In this document: positions 14,688 through 26,989 of the stretch, piece after piece
Layout of the letters: every line of letters starts with the position of its first letter
Numbering within the stretch: the first letter of the stretch is position 1
Source of the DNA: Stylophora pistillata
Taxonomy: Eukaryota
DNA: 64,000 nucleotides
Reading direction: 5' to 3'
NCBI RefSeq assembly: GCF_002571385.2
Contig: NW_019217955.1
Location: 181,384-245,383, forward strand
Notes under the pieces: generated by a model
Told to the model about the DNA's origin: nothing
Database searches by the model: none
What the model saw: only the letters and a program-made list of their open reading frames with translations
Translations under genes and position numbers: made by a program

Positions 14688-14693
14688 AATAAA
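14688..14693 (+). terminator. Candidate polyadenylation signal of SoxB
   Basis: AATAAA about 610 bp after the stop, followed by T/GT-rich sequence; an alternative AATAAA lies near 14352. Confidence 0.35.
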
Positions 14694-17600
14694 GTATGAA
14701 TATTCTGTCATGCTTTGTGCGTGAATTGCTTGCGAACGATTCTTAGTTAGTTACCTGTACAAGGTCAAATACTATCATGCAAAATAACCAATGACACTAC
14801 AGTGATTATGTTTCATTAAATAAGAGAAAAGGAGCGTTTACTTCAAGGGCAAGAACTTTGTAGACTTGGTATCTACAGGCAACGCTGATACTCTGACAAA
14901 AACGTCTCGGTTTCTTTAAAAAACGAGCCCTAAACTTTGTGGTTAATTATTGATAATTTAAGGAAAAGCTCGACTACCTCGAAACCACTGTCCAGTAATT
15001 CAGCGTTTTTGACGAAAACCACGATAAAGGATAGCAAGCTTCAATGTCTAAGGCGCATTGAATTCCAACTTTGATATGTCTACCCTTTTGTTTTGAGGCT
15101 ATTCAAGTCAAATTTAATGGCGAAATTACTCGCTGCCAGTACAAGAAGGTATAAAAACCATACAATAAAAGGGTTATGCCTTTTCAACAACACAATGTAA
15201 AAGTTTTCAAAAGTAAATTCAAAGGAATCGCTCAGCCTCTAACTCAACACTCTTTTTTTTTCTTTGTGAGCTAAACTTTGATAATGTAACTTCTTGTGGT
15301 GCGTATAAACACTTATTTGTTTGACTAAAATGGCGCCTATGCAAGAAAGCGAGCAAAACAAAGCGTTATTCTCAAGTTTATTCTTTATCTTTTTTGTCCG
15401 GTGAGACTCTGTACAAAGCTTTTTTGCTTCTTGACATTAAATACGTCGTAAAAGAAAACATTAGTGATAAAACGTGAGACTGAACTAGCCATTAGCAGCG
15501 AAAATTACATCGGTGGCACACTGGAAAGTGTATTATAAATGCTCGAGTGAACACTAATGAGCATCTGTGATGGAAATATTTCTAAAACCCACATTCAGCC
15601 AGTGTAGTCTGGCAATAAACATCTTCTAAACATTATCAAACTAATAAAATAACGAGTTGTGGTTTATGTAGAGGTCCCTTGTTAATGAACGTGAAGCAAG
15701 CAGACAGTGAAGGTCACAGAGCAACCTGCCATCGTGTTTCGGCTTATTTTCTTTTCTGGGAGAATTTGCATTTGCCCTCAAGCGCATGAATGATGTGGCT
15801 AAGCACTAGAATACAGATTGCAATAAAAATCAATGCCTCAGTTAGACGACAATATCTGTGGAAAGTTAGTTACGGTGGATAGAAAAGAAGTTCGTTTCAT
15901 TGTTTGGCAGTAAAGTGAGACACGCGGTACGAGAATGAACGATCTTAAGCCTGTTTGCGTTCGCCATGAGTGCGACCCTTTTTTCAAACTATTGTGGGAA
16001 GTTACACCTGTCTTGGTGGACAAAACAGGAAACAGCTGAATATGAAAACTTAAGAGTTTTCTAACGACAGTTTAATTTCTTGTGGACGGGTCGCTTAGTA
16101 TTCCTTAGTTAAGTAAGGCTGCAGAACAGAATTAAGAAAACCCTTGTGTCCCATTCACTGAATCTTGGCCACATGTTATTTACAACCCACTGAACTATTC
16201 TAGTTGAAAATCATTCCCTTCTCAACACGAGTCCGGAAAACTTGGGGAAATAGAAACAATTCTTATTTTTCTCTGCCGCACGCAGAGAGACTTAAAGAGA
16301 CACATTGAGCCGAGTTGTCAAAACAAAGTGACAGCTTTTTGTGAGTGAATAAAGTTAAAGAATAAGTGTTTTCTTCAGTATTTAGTTCAGGCTGTTGAAT
16401 TCCTAAGCTACTGGAATTGACAAACTATGCATTCTAAGTGAGAAATTTGTTTTGTTTGAAGCGTCTTTTCTTTTAGTATCCTTTTATTTTATTTGGATCA
16501 GTGTCCTCTCTACCTCATAACTTTAATTAGGGAAACAACTTCCTAAAAACGTCACTAGCTGTATTAACAACCCAACCTTCGTTCGTTATTTTTTTAGCAT
16601 CATTCAAAATTGTCAATTTACTCAGAGAAAGATGTACATAAATTTAAAAAGGCTTTTAATGATTGTGGCGGGCTTTTTTTTTTCTGCTTGATTTTGGTCC
16701 CTCGGGCACATCATCAATCTCCTCCTACTAAGTTGAGTACGTTCACAGTGTCTAAGCCACCAGTTTTGTCAATAACGTTAATCCACGATCTTTTAATTAA
16801 AAAAATGCCATTGAATTTGCCGACCGGAATTGCGATTTTCATCTTCTTTGTTTATCTAGAACCCGTAGAAGTGAGAAAAAAAAACCACAGACAGTGTTCT
16901 GGTAGGGTCTTAGTCAAAAGGTCGCGATCAAATAACTCATTTACCAGTAGATTCCAAAGTTAAAACCTAATGTCAAGCCACTAAACTTAGAATTAAAATT
17001 AGCACAGCTCTGATTTCTTCTTTTTACGATCTAGGTGACTCAAACGGTATAACATTTTAAGGGTAGTTTAGTCCTCTTTAGGCCATCGCGAACTAGACAA
17101 CGAAGCAATCACAGAGACCATAAGCGGAAAACCAGCCCACCATGACGCCCTTTGCTTTCATTAATTTCTTTTGAAATTGTGAACAACTGGTGGTGTCTAA
17201 ATGAATAGCTAATTTAGATTCAACTATAATCCTATGAAAAAGTATCTTTTTGCTAAAGAATCTCTACGGAAGAATATTTGCTTTGAGCTGTCAAACGTAA
17301 GAAAAAACACTTTATTCGCGACTTTCATAAGAATAATAAGAATCTTGTTCAAATATTTATGAAGAATTGCATGAGTCAATCTTTGACTCGTAAACAACGC
17401 GTTAGAAAAATTTGCATATGAATTTGCCAAAATAACAAAGTTTTGGAAAAATCTGTTTGACGATTACACCGGTGAGGTGTTGTGATAGTGTTCTTTGAAG
17501 CGCTCAATTGACCAAACAAGAGTCGGGAGTTGCTTATAAATGCTGTATCTACTTTCTTTTTAAATATTTCTAAAGAGACTGACCCATTTTATGTTCTTTA

Positions 17601-18474
17601 AGGAACCGAACAACAGCCCTTTAATTGCGAATAGAATGAATACTATGGGAATAATGCTTGCAAGAGAATTAACCCCTAAGGACTTTTTAGCGTTAATTGC
17701 TTTCTTAATGAATTTTTGCTCCCACTGAAAGAAAGGGGTCAGTAAAATTGAATAAAAGTTGATGACCCAACAACATTGCTCAAACAGCGTGTTGATTAAG
17801 AAACTTTCTCGCAACGCGTATCCCTGCTGTGCTTTTGAACGCCTCTTGTTGAGTGCATGAGCGAACACATTGATTGATCATAGAAGTGAAACAACATGTG
17901 GACTGCCACGAGAATCTTGTTTATGCTAACCGCACGATAATTACCATCCTCGAGTCTACAATTCGAATAAATTTCAATGTAGCATTTCCTCGGGAATATT
18001 CCTTACTTTATCAAGGTTTTTATTTCATCTTTTCACGAAAGAAGGAAGATAAAAAAGAAAAAAAAATCGCAGTCATTTAAGATCTAAATAAGTCAATTCA
18101 AACTTCAACATAACCTGAATGAAGAGTATTTTCTTTGAAGAATAATCAATCAAAATTGTAGTGTATCTTTTAACACGTGTTTTATTATTTGTTTTGAAAG
18201 AATCGTTGAAGAGCTTTGTAAAGTTGAACAATATTACCCCTGAAGCTTTTATGTTAATACAAACAATTTTCACCGAGATCTATCAACATAGATAAAAACC
18301 AGCGGCGTTACTCAATACAGATAATTAGTATCATACAGATTTAAGTCTTAAAACTTGATTTGCTAGGACCAACGAAAATCATTAAAGAAATTGAATCGCG
18401 AATTCCAGAACACATAACAAGATAGTTATGTTGGTAATGAGATTGCTTCTCGCCATCTTTGTATCCGATGTTAC

Positions 18475-18890
18475 GAAACAGTACAGCCTTTGGAACGGTA
18501 AAAAAAAAAAGCAAACAAACGAACGTATGCATGATTATATTGAAACGAGTAAACCACACAATTCTCATTAGTTCATTATCATAAAATATAACTCCACATT
18601 AAGAAACAGCACAGCCTTTGGAACGGTAAAAAAAAAAAAAAAAAAAAAAAAAAGAAAACAAACGAATGTATGCATGATTATATTGAAACAAATAAACCAC
18701 ACAATTCTCATCAGTTCATTATCATAAAATATAACTCCACATTAAGAAACAGCACAGCCTTTGGAACGGTAAAAAAAAAAAAGAAAAAAAAGAAAAGCAA
18801 ACAAACGAACGTATGCATGATTATATTGAAACGAATAAACCACACAATTCTCATCAGTTCATTATCATAAAATATAACTCCACATTAAGA
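18475..18890. repeat. Three tandem copies of a 127-145 bp unit with a variable poly-A tract
   Basis: GAAACAG(T/C)ACAGCCTTTGGAACGGT(A)n...AACTCCACATTAA repeated three times. Confidence 0.9.
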
Positions 18891-19184
18891 ATGTCTTAAC
18901 GTTTTGCTCAAGCTGAAAATAGAAAAGTTATTTAAGCCTTTATGTCACTGATAAGGTTGATCTCGAAATCATGGTGTGTGATCGCATCTCAATGAGATAT
19001 TGGTGTCGATTGCAATAATTAATGATAGGTTGGCAATGATAACTGTTGTTCATCGAAAATGGCACGCCTAGTAAAAGTATTTTGTAGAAAACGAGCTATA
19101 GGATTTTTAGCAAGTTTTAGAACTGAATGAGTATCCTATTGTTACTATTGTTCATGGTTTTCTTTAGTAGTGTTTGTGTAGCAG

Positions 19185-19700
19185 GTAAGTAAGTAAGTAA
19201 GTAAGTGAGTGAGTAAGTAAGTAAGTAAGTAAGTAAAACTTTATTTACAAAGGGTAGCCCATTCAGCTCAAAACTGGTATCCATAGGGGCCCTGTTTCTT
19301 AAAAATAAATTACATCAAAATTCTCAATTATTTATATATATGAGTAGGATTTTAAAACTACATTAACAGCCTAAGACTACAAAGCCAAAACCCAATTAGA
19401 CCTAAAATAGTAGATAAAATATCAAGTTAAGATAAAAAGAAATGTCTTCCTCGGCGGCAGAACGTTTAAATGTTTTCACTCCTCACAATATTTAAAGGGA
19501 GTTTATTAAAAATTTCTACGCCAGTTAAAAGAAAGGTCCTTTTCCCAATTTTTTTTTTTTACTTTTGGTAGGGATAGCCTCATACTTTGGCTTGTGGAAT
19601 AGTTGTAAATATTCGAAAAACTGGTGAAATGTGAAAAGTAACTAGGAACTAATGATAATAACAAGGCCGTTTTGGTCAGCTGCCCGCCCACTGAGACACC
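19185..19700 (-). mobile_element. 3' end of an L2/CR1-like LINE with a (TTAC)n tail
   Basis: On the minus strand: RT C-terminal-like text (LVPSYFSHF...YNYSTSQSMRLSLPKVK), then AATAAA, then a (TTAC)n tail seen as (GTAA)n at 19185-19235. Confidence 0.6.
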
Positions 19701-19817
19701 TAGATAAACGATCTCACTTACAGTTTGATTAAAACCTACTAAGTCACTTATTTTAATCTGCCTCGACGAACAGAAGTATCTATGGAATCACTAGTTCCTG
19801 TTGTCTGTGCAAAGTCA

Positions 19818-20060
19818 TTGTAGCCTGTGCTTAACTTTAGGCTGTGCTCAATTGTTGCCTGTGCTTATCTGTTGCTTTTATTTAACTGTAACCTGTGCAG
19901 CTTAACTATAACCTATAAGGCTTGACTGTAGCCTGTGCTAAACTGTAGTCTGTGCTTATATGTTGCCTTTACTTAAGTGTAGCCTGTACATAACTGTAGT
20001 CTGTTCTTATCTTTTGCCTCTACTTGACTGTAGCCTGTGCAGCTTAACTATAACCTGTGC
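19818..20060. repeat. Minisatellite of about 20-22 bp (CTGTAGCCTGTGCTTAA-like)
   Basis: Repeated tgtagcctgtgc / ctataacctgtgc units. Confidence 0.75.
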
Positions 20061-20543
20061 GGTTATACACAGCTTTAGCGCAGTTCAGGTTTTCAAAGCA
20101 AGGCCTGTCTTAAAGCGTTAAGAGTTATGTAGGACTAATAAGATCAAGTAACTTAATTAGTTAAAGGAAGAAGTCGCTGAATGACAGAAAAAAGAGAGTG
20201 TGATCGATAAATCCTGTGGTGTTCCAAGACTGCCAGTGTGTTTAAGCGTGTGCCCTTGAGAACTTTTCAGAAGGTCAGTACGGTACTAGTTTTTAGGAGG
20301 TACTCCATTCCTGTGAGTATTTCGATGTTATATTCGCTCCTTTGGCTTTGGGCCTCTCGAGTGGTATCGACATGTTATGTCCACCTGAGATCGAAAAGCA
20401 TTTGTTGGATGAAGGAAAATTCCAAAGATGTTTCTTGAGTGTCTGCTGATTGAAGCCATTTATCCAGACAGTTATCCGCGATAAGGTACTGAAGAATATC
20501 TGAATCCTTAGGCACAACTTTCACTCGAAAGAAAAAAATATTG

Positions 20544-20933
20544 GGATCATGTTTACTGTAGGTAGTGTCGGTATGACTATCGGTGGATAGATCGGTCGAC
20601 ATGTCGACCGCTACTTAGCCGACACGCGGTCGACATATCGATCGACTGTCGACTGAATATCGATCGAGTGCCAGTCGAGTATCGGCCGATACTTTGACCG
20701 ATTTAGTCTCGTCGACACTCGGCCGATACCTTATCGATACTTTAACGATAGCCTGCCGATACCTAACCGATACTCGATCGATACTCGGCCGATAGTTCAC
20801 CGATAGTTTACCGATAGATCATCGACACTATCGGCCGAGTAGCGGCCGACACTCGGCCGACATATCAGCCGAGTGTCAGCTGATAGTGCCGACCGATAGC
20901 GTCGACCGACACTACCCACAGTAAGCATGATCT
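20544..20933. mobile_element. CpG-rich MITE with an 8-bp target-site duplication
   Basis: TIRs GGATCATGTTTACTGTAGGTAGTGTCGGT / ACCGACACTACCCACAGTAAGCATGATCT; flanked by AAATATTG at 20536-20543 and 20934-20941; internal 11-bp TCGGCCGATA-like units. Confidence 0.85.
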
Positions 20934-20949
20934 AAATATTGCATGATTC

Positions 20950-21158
20950 TTGACCCTTTGACTCCCGTGATACATTGTTAATTCTCCTCTCTAACTGTTG
21001 CACAATCCCTTGTAAATTTGTTACGAGAATTTGGCGCAAGATGAGGAGAATGGCATTTGCCTGATGAGTTTGAGTATTCTAATTACTTGTTGGCTGAATA
21101 ATGTATGGTATACAGAGAGTAGTTAGAGGCTAGTCACTCCTGGGAGTAAAAGGGTTAA
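20950..21158. mobile_element. piggyBac-like MITE; older homologous copies at about 34790-35000 and 49370-49565
   Basis: TTGA-CCCTTTGACTCCC ... GGGAGTAAAAGGG-TTAA termini. Confidence 0.65.
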
Positions 21159-21754
21159 AGTGCTACTGCGACGAAATTTTTGCATTTTATTTTCCCAATT
21201 TTCTGGTGTTAACCTCACATTTAGACCCTAAACTATAAGAATAAGCGTAAGTTTCTCAAATTTGACAACGTTATTCCTTAAAAACAGCGCCGTGAAGACA
21301 TTAAAACTTCTTCCGCCATTGCTCCAATAACACACTGGAGAGCCCGCGAAAGTAACTACAGCGGTTTTAGTTGTGACGTCATCGACTCACTTCAACAACG
21401 TCGCAAAGGCATGCCTTTACAAAAAATACGCCAAAGAAAGCTGGGGAACAATTCTTTCGAATTTTATTCCTTCTTTCTTGTGGAACCAGAAAAACAACTC
21501 TCTCTCGGCATACCAAATTAGCCACGTTTCTTGAGTCGTTGACGTCACTTCCGTTCTCGACCCAGTTTCTTCTTCTTCGCGTGGAGTTTTGTAGTTCGAA
21601 GAATGGCGGCCGTTTAGATCGCGAATCTACAGGGAAAATAATATTACTTCTCGATGGAGTTTTACCTTAAGATCTGGCAAATTTGTTACTTAGGGTAAGT
21701 ACTTTCAACCTCTGAGGAGAAAAGAAAAGGTGCATTTTTGGTCGCAGTAGCACT
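21159..21754. mobile_element. Kolobok-like non-autonomous DNA transposon
   Basis: Perfect TIRs AGTGCTACTGCGAC / GTCGCAGTAGCACT flanked by TTAA at 21155-21158 and 21755-21758. Confidence 0.8.
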
Positions 21755-22806
21755 TTAAGAACATAAAAGATATGCTCGGGAGGAAAACTACTCGACATCG
21801 ATAAAGCAAAGTGGCCTTTCGTGAAGGGATCGTCTTATTTCCAGTTTCTTTTTAATTTAGAAAACAAGATTGAAAATAAAGAGTTAAAAATATTTAATTT
21901 TTTTGCGACAAAATTGTAAAATTGAGATGCAAAACCGAACAAATAGCCGTTGCTTGTCTTCCATTCGAAGTAAACTTCAAAAGTGAATTTGATAAACAAA
22001 ATTTTAGACGGGCATGTTGAACTCAATTTTTTTGTCATTCGGAATACTTCAGTTTTTATTTACAAGGCCTTAACATTAATGCAATATGCTCAGAATGTCT
22101 TACGCAAATATTTGTTTTAAAGGTGCTATACTTGATGTAGCCGTCACACTTATTCATCGATTTTAGTAGCCACGGAACAGGATATTCTATTGGGAATTAT
22201 CAGTGGAACTTGTCAGGTTTTAGTCTCACGAAAGCTTACTGCATAACAGGGACGCTCGCTTCTATTACTTATTGTTGTTGTACCCTTTTCTCTTAACTTG
22301 ACAAATAACAGCATGTTGATTTGCTTTAAGTCCACCTCGTTCCCAACTAGAGACGAAGACAGAAGAACTGCTGATAGAGAAGGTATAAAGGGATACCTGG
22401 TTTGGAATGAAGAGAATAATTATTTTCTTTTTAACCCCAATCATGCACCAGAAGACGATCATTGAAAAAAAGGATAGACAACAATAGTTGAATAAAATAC
22501 ACAGTGTTCCCTTTCAGTCAGTAATTCCATTTAGTGCTTGACAACAACGTTAGCAACTTTTAATTAGTGTCCATTTCAAAAGAAATGGACACGACCACCT
22601 GGAGGTAATCAGGTGAACAATGGTTTACGAAAAAATAAGAGTTTGGCTCACCAGTCATGGTAAACCGATATTTTGTTATTCTTCTGGTGGATTTTAATGA
22701 CTAATGCTGGCTGGTATGTCAAGAATAGGGTGTACCTTATACAGAAGGAATTTTACTTTATCGAAGTGCAACGGTTTATCAAAAGCAGGTCGCCTTCAAC
22801 ACCACG

Positions 22807-23705
22807 ATGAGACTATTTCTATTCTCCTTGTTTGCCTCACACATCACGTCGGTAGCCCCAATGGTAATCGGGAAAGGAAATATCGAGAAAAACGAGGAAT
22901 CACCATTCCTAGAGATGAACAAAACCGTTGCGAATTCTTCTACTAAAAAGCCAAACCTTTCCTTGTATCGTATCATGATCACGAAGGAAAACTACAGCCA
23001 GGAGGAAACTATTCCACCCCAAAGTCTTCGAGAGGAATGTAAGGTCTTTTTACATTGACTGACTATATTTTAAAATTAATGAAGTATGTGATCTCTGTGT
23101 GGGATATCTATGGGTTCCAAAGGGGGAAAGGTATCGTAAGACGAAAAAGGGAGAAAATTGCTCAAGACCATGCTGGATGGACCAACTGCTGAACTTACTC
23201 AAAATGATTTCAAACCTTTCCTGGCAAGATACATTCAGTGTTATTAATCATAGAAAAGAAAGTCTGAAATGTAAATGTTGATTACTTTTATCTTTTATCA
23301 GTGTTTCCTCATGCCACCATTAAATTTCCTATCAAAGAATCCACTGATAAAACGAGACACGCCACCTTATCAAAGAACGAAGACCGCGATTTTGATGGCT
23401 GTCGAAAAGAAGATATGATAGTCCACACAGCAGAGCTTGGCTTGCCCACAAAGTACATCCAACCTGAAAAATTCAACGCCTATCAGTGCAAGGGCAAGTG
23501 CTCTCTCAAGCAGTGGAGAAAATACATCATTCACTCGCTGCTCAAGGCGTATTTGGAGGACAAGAAGGGTATCAAAGTTGATAACAATGCATGCTGTGTG
23601 CCAACTAAGCTTCGACCGATGTCTCTCTTCTATTACAACGAAACACTTGGCTTTGTGAGGCACATCCTTACCAATGCGATTGTCGAGGAGTGCGGTTGTT
23701 ACTGA
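22807..23705 (+). CDS. Divergent TGF-beta superfamily ligand; probable exons 22807-23038 and 23302-23705; possibly a pseudogene
   Basis: Signal-peptide-like MRLFLFSLFASHITSVA; GTAAGG donor at 23039 and TCTTTTATCAG acceptor ending at 23301 join in phase 1. Seven-cysteine knot: GCRKE...YQCKGKC...HSLLK...ACCVPTKLRPMSLFYY...IVEECGCY*. Confidence 0.8.
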
Positions 23706-26700
23706 GAGCCAGAATTTGAATCATTGCACAATAATCTCCTCGAAAAGGGATAACTTTGAACTTGTTTATCGAATGAAATTATGCAGAATCGACCTAGCTA
23801 TAGTATACGGAGCTATATAGATTAAGCCTGAATGCCTTTGTTTGAGTAGCATGTAACAATTTTGTACGTTCATTTTAGTAGTTGGGTGACAAAGGGTTCG
23901 CATTGTAAAGCTTTCGATCTTTTGGCTTGATTCGCCGATCCGGCATTTGTTTCTTTTACATTCGGATCGACGTTAGCTTTTCGAGAGTACAATTTTGCTT
24001 CTTAGGTGTGCCTAAATCAATCTCGCGTAAGAACTCCGAAACAGAAGAATCCGGGCCAGGGCCGCTCTGCAATTCTCGGTATTTCCAGAATTTAAAGATC
24101 TTCTCACTTATCTGCAAAACTTTGAAAAGCCTTAGTTTTTTTTAAGGCCAAATCCGTTGATCTGCAAAACTATTCAACCCCTCTGAAAAGAATACGATTG
24201 TTTAACGTCAAACATATTTGGGAGTTACATGCTACAAGTGGTTAAGCAGCCATAAGTAATATTTAATCTTTAGCTCTGCCTGAAAGCGTTATGAGCGTGC
24301 AGAGTTTTCAACAATGATTCCAGTTAGAATTGTGAATGATTATCTGTTCCCATGAATTCCCCCATGGTCTGCTTGTTTTCATGTTTCCCTCCCTATGACG
24401 TCAGAGGTTAGCAAGACGACTTTTCCTCGCGAATGTTGACCAATGATCTTCGTTGCACGTGAAAAGAGCATGATTGACGGTGGCGTGAAGGTGATGTGAC
24501 ATTTTAAGCTTTGCGTTATCTTACACTCATTTACGCTTTCGTATGATTTGTAAATAAATATAATATTTCTTTCCAAAGTGCGTCGATCAATATCTTTGTT
24601 GTGCTATGTAGCAGATCCCCAAACAACTAATCCCTCGAGAAACAGTTCATTTCGTTTTCCTCGGGGCAGGGCTAGGAACTAATGGTTAAGTGTTTATTAC
24701 TACACTCTCTCCTACGTAGGACCAGCAGGAAAATCAAATTATATCGTAGTTGGTCTGGACTGGTTCAGGCCAGTGTTTTAGGCTCGGCCTAAAGATAACC
24801 ATTTATGTCAGCAAAATTCATTACATTGCTGAAAAATGGAAGCAGGTATGCAGCAAACAAAGAACATTACGCAACCTTGAGTGCAGGAAATTGTTAGATT
24901 GCGTTTCTTAGATTTAAGATTGATATTTCATTTTAGAGATGTAACACTGCAGACCCGGTGTTTTGTAATGCAACAATTTTTGCATTGGCAGCAACAAAGA
25001 TTTCTCGTCATAGTAACTCATGTTTTCACAGGATCATCAGTGTCAAAGTGTACTCGCTGATACAGCCGCCGTATTTCTTTATGGGAAATTAAAGAGAATC
25101 TGCAAAGCGGATACTGCAGTTGTTCGGTAACATATATACGGGAGACACATCGTTCCTCCTAACCTGATTTAACCACGTAGCTATCGAAGGAAGTCTCTCA
25201 CATTAATTTCATTGGGTGCTCCGTTCAAGACATCATTAAACTTTCTGGCAAAACATAGTACCGTTGAATCAGCATGACCACCGCAATGACACAGAAACAT
25301 AGAATGCTACACGAAATCAAGGGAAACTATCAGTTGTACAGAGCAAACGGCTATTGATCAACTTAAAACTTAACCTGTGGTGTTAAATAGACCCGATATT
25401 TGTTAAAGTTTCGTTTACTCTCCCCTAACGAACCTTGAAAACAACTCCTCTTTGCTGTGAATAAATCTGGGATTCAGACCCTCAGGAAGAGTTTGTTTCA
25501 GTGCCTTTTAGTTCCTTTGGAGAGAGGGCTTCTTTTTCTCACTTGTTTACCACTGACATGATTTTCAGAATATTATCCTTTCTTGCAAGAATTTGTATCC
25601 ATTTGTAACAGCTTGAACTGTTTTATCAAAAGATCTCGGGCTGCTTTATGTCATTGATATTGCCATTACTATCATCGCTTTTGACTAGAAACAAATTAAT
25701 TTAGCCGCCTTTACGAGGCACTGAACCGATTTGTCATGGCAATTGACGGAACGAGACCTTTGATATTTAAGAGGAACCTAAATATAAGTTAATAAGAGGC
25801 TAAATTTATGTTCTTCCATGCTCCCACTGTATGGCCATAAAAGCTTTTGTGCACACGGTCACTCAGTGGTGTTGATCTGATGGCAAAGAGAATCGAACAT
25901 TGCTATGCTAGAAGACAACAAATGAAAACTGCTCGATAGCCCATTTACCTGTTACTTTGCGGATATATTTATTCTGATCCTCCGAAGCCATTAGGTTTTT
26001 TTGTCAGTAGTTTTTCCTTAACATGGGCGTAAATAGATTTTACCCAGGTGCAATCCACTCTGCTTTGTTTGATCAGTGTTGTAGACGCAAATCTTGTTTA
26101 TGAGCAAAAGAAACTGACTCGTCGTTCTAGTAAAACCATCGTGGATTCTAAATTCACAAGGCGATGGTAATATTCGTGGAAGTCCTTGCTACGATTTAAA
26201 TAAGGGAGAGTTGAAGACGATGTATTATCAGTAAGAGCAAAGGAGTTATCCTCAGAAGCTTAGATAATCAAGCACGTAAGCGCTCTGTATAATACACTGA
26301 ACCAGCAGGTTCTGCCTTGAATTACCCATTGGTTCTCAATGAAGAGTAGTCTCTTTTCTGTTTTGAGGTAGTAAGAAGAATTAATTTCCTGCGGAAAACG
26401 ATGCATCACGTCAGTTATACAACCGGCGTAGTAAGGTTCTCTACCATTTTGGTGTCATGGATAATATAACGGAAAAAATATTGCTTATAGAAACGTACGG
26501 GGATCGGAAATGTTAAGTAGTAGATGCAGATCAAACCACATCTTCAAAATCACGGCTTCATCATGGGCAATCTAGCAGAAACTTGGTCCAAATATTGCTT
26601 CTAGAAACGTACAGGGAACTAGAAAGCAAAGTAATAGATGCAGATTAAACCACTTCTTGAAAATCACAGCTTCGTCAGTATAGACGTTGCAAGCCCAAAC

Positions 26701-26989
26701 TCTGATTTGCTCTGTTTATTTGTGCCTTAAACTAATTGACAAAATCAAGAAAATTTTAGCAGACAGTGCTTTTCACTCATTATTTACTTTTCCCTGATAG
26801 TGGTGGTTTCTTATTTGCAGAAAGATGGAAAATAAGGCAAAGAACTTAGCAATTACCTCCTTCGTAAATGAGGTGTATAATGGAAAAATTAAAGCCCTCC
26901 GCTCTGACAAAGGCAAACACACAAAACGACAGCTGTAGAAACTCTTTACAGTCGCCAATTTACATTATGAACTCGGTTGATAAACCAAA

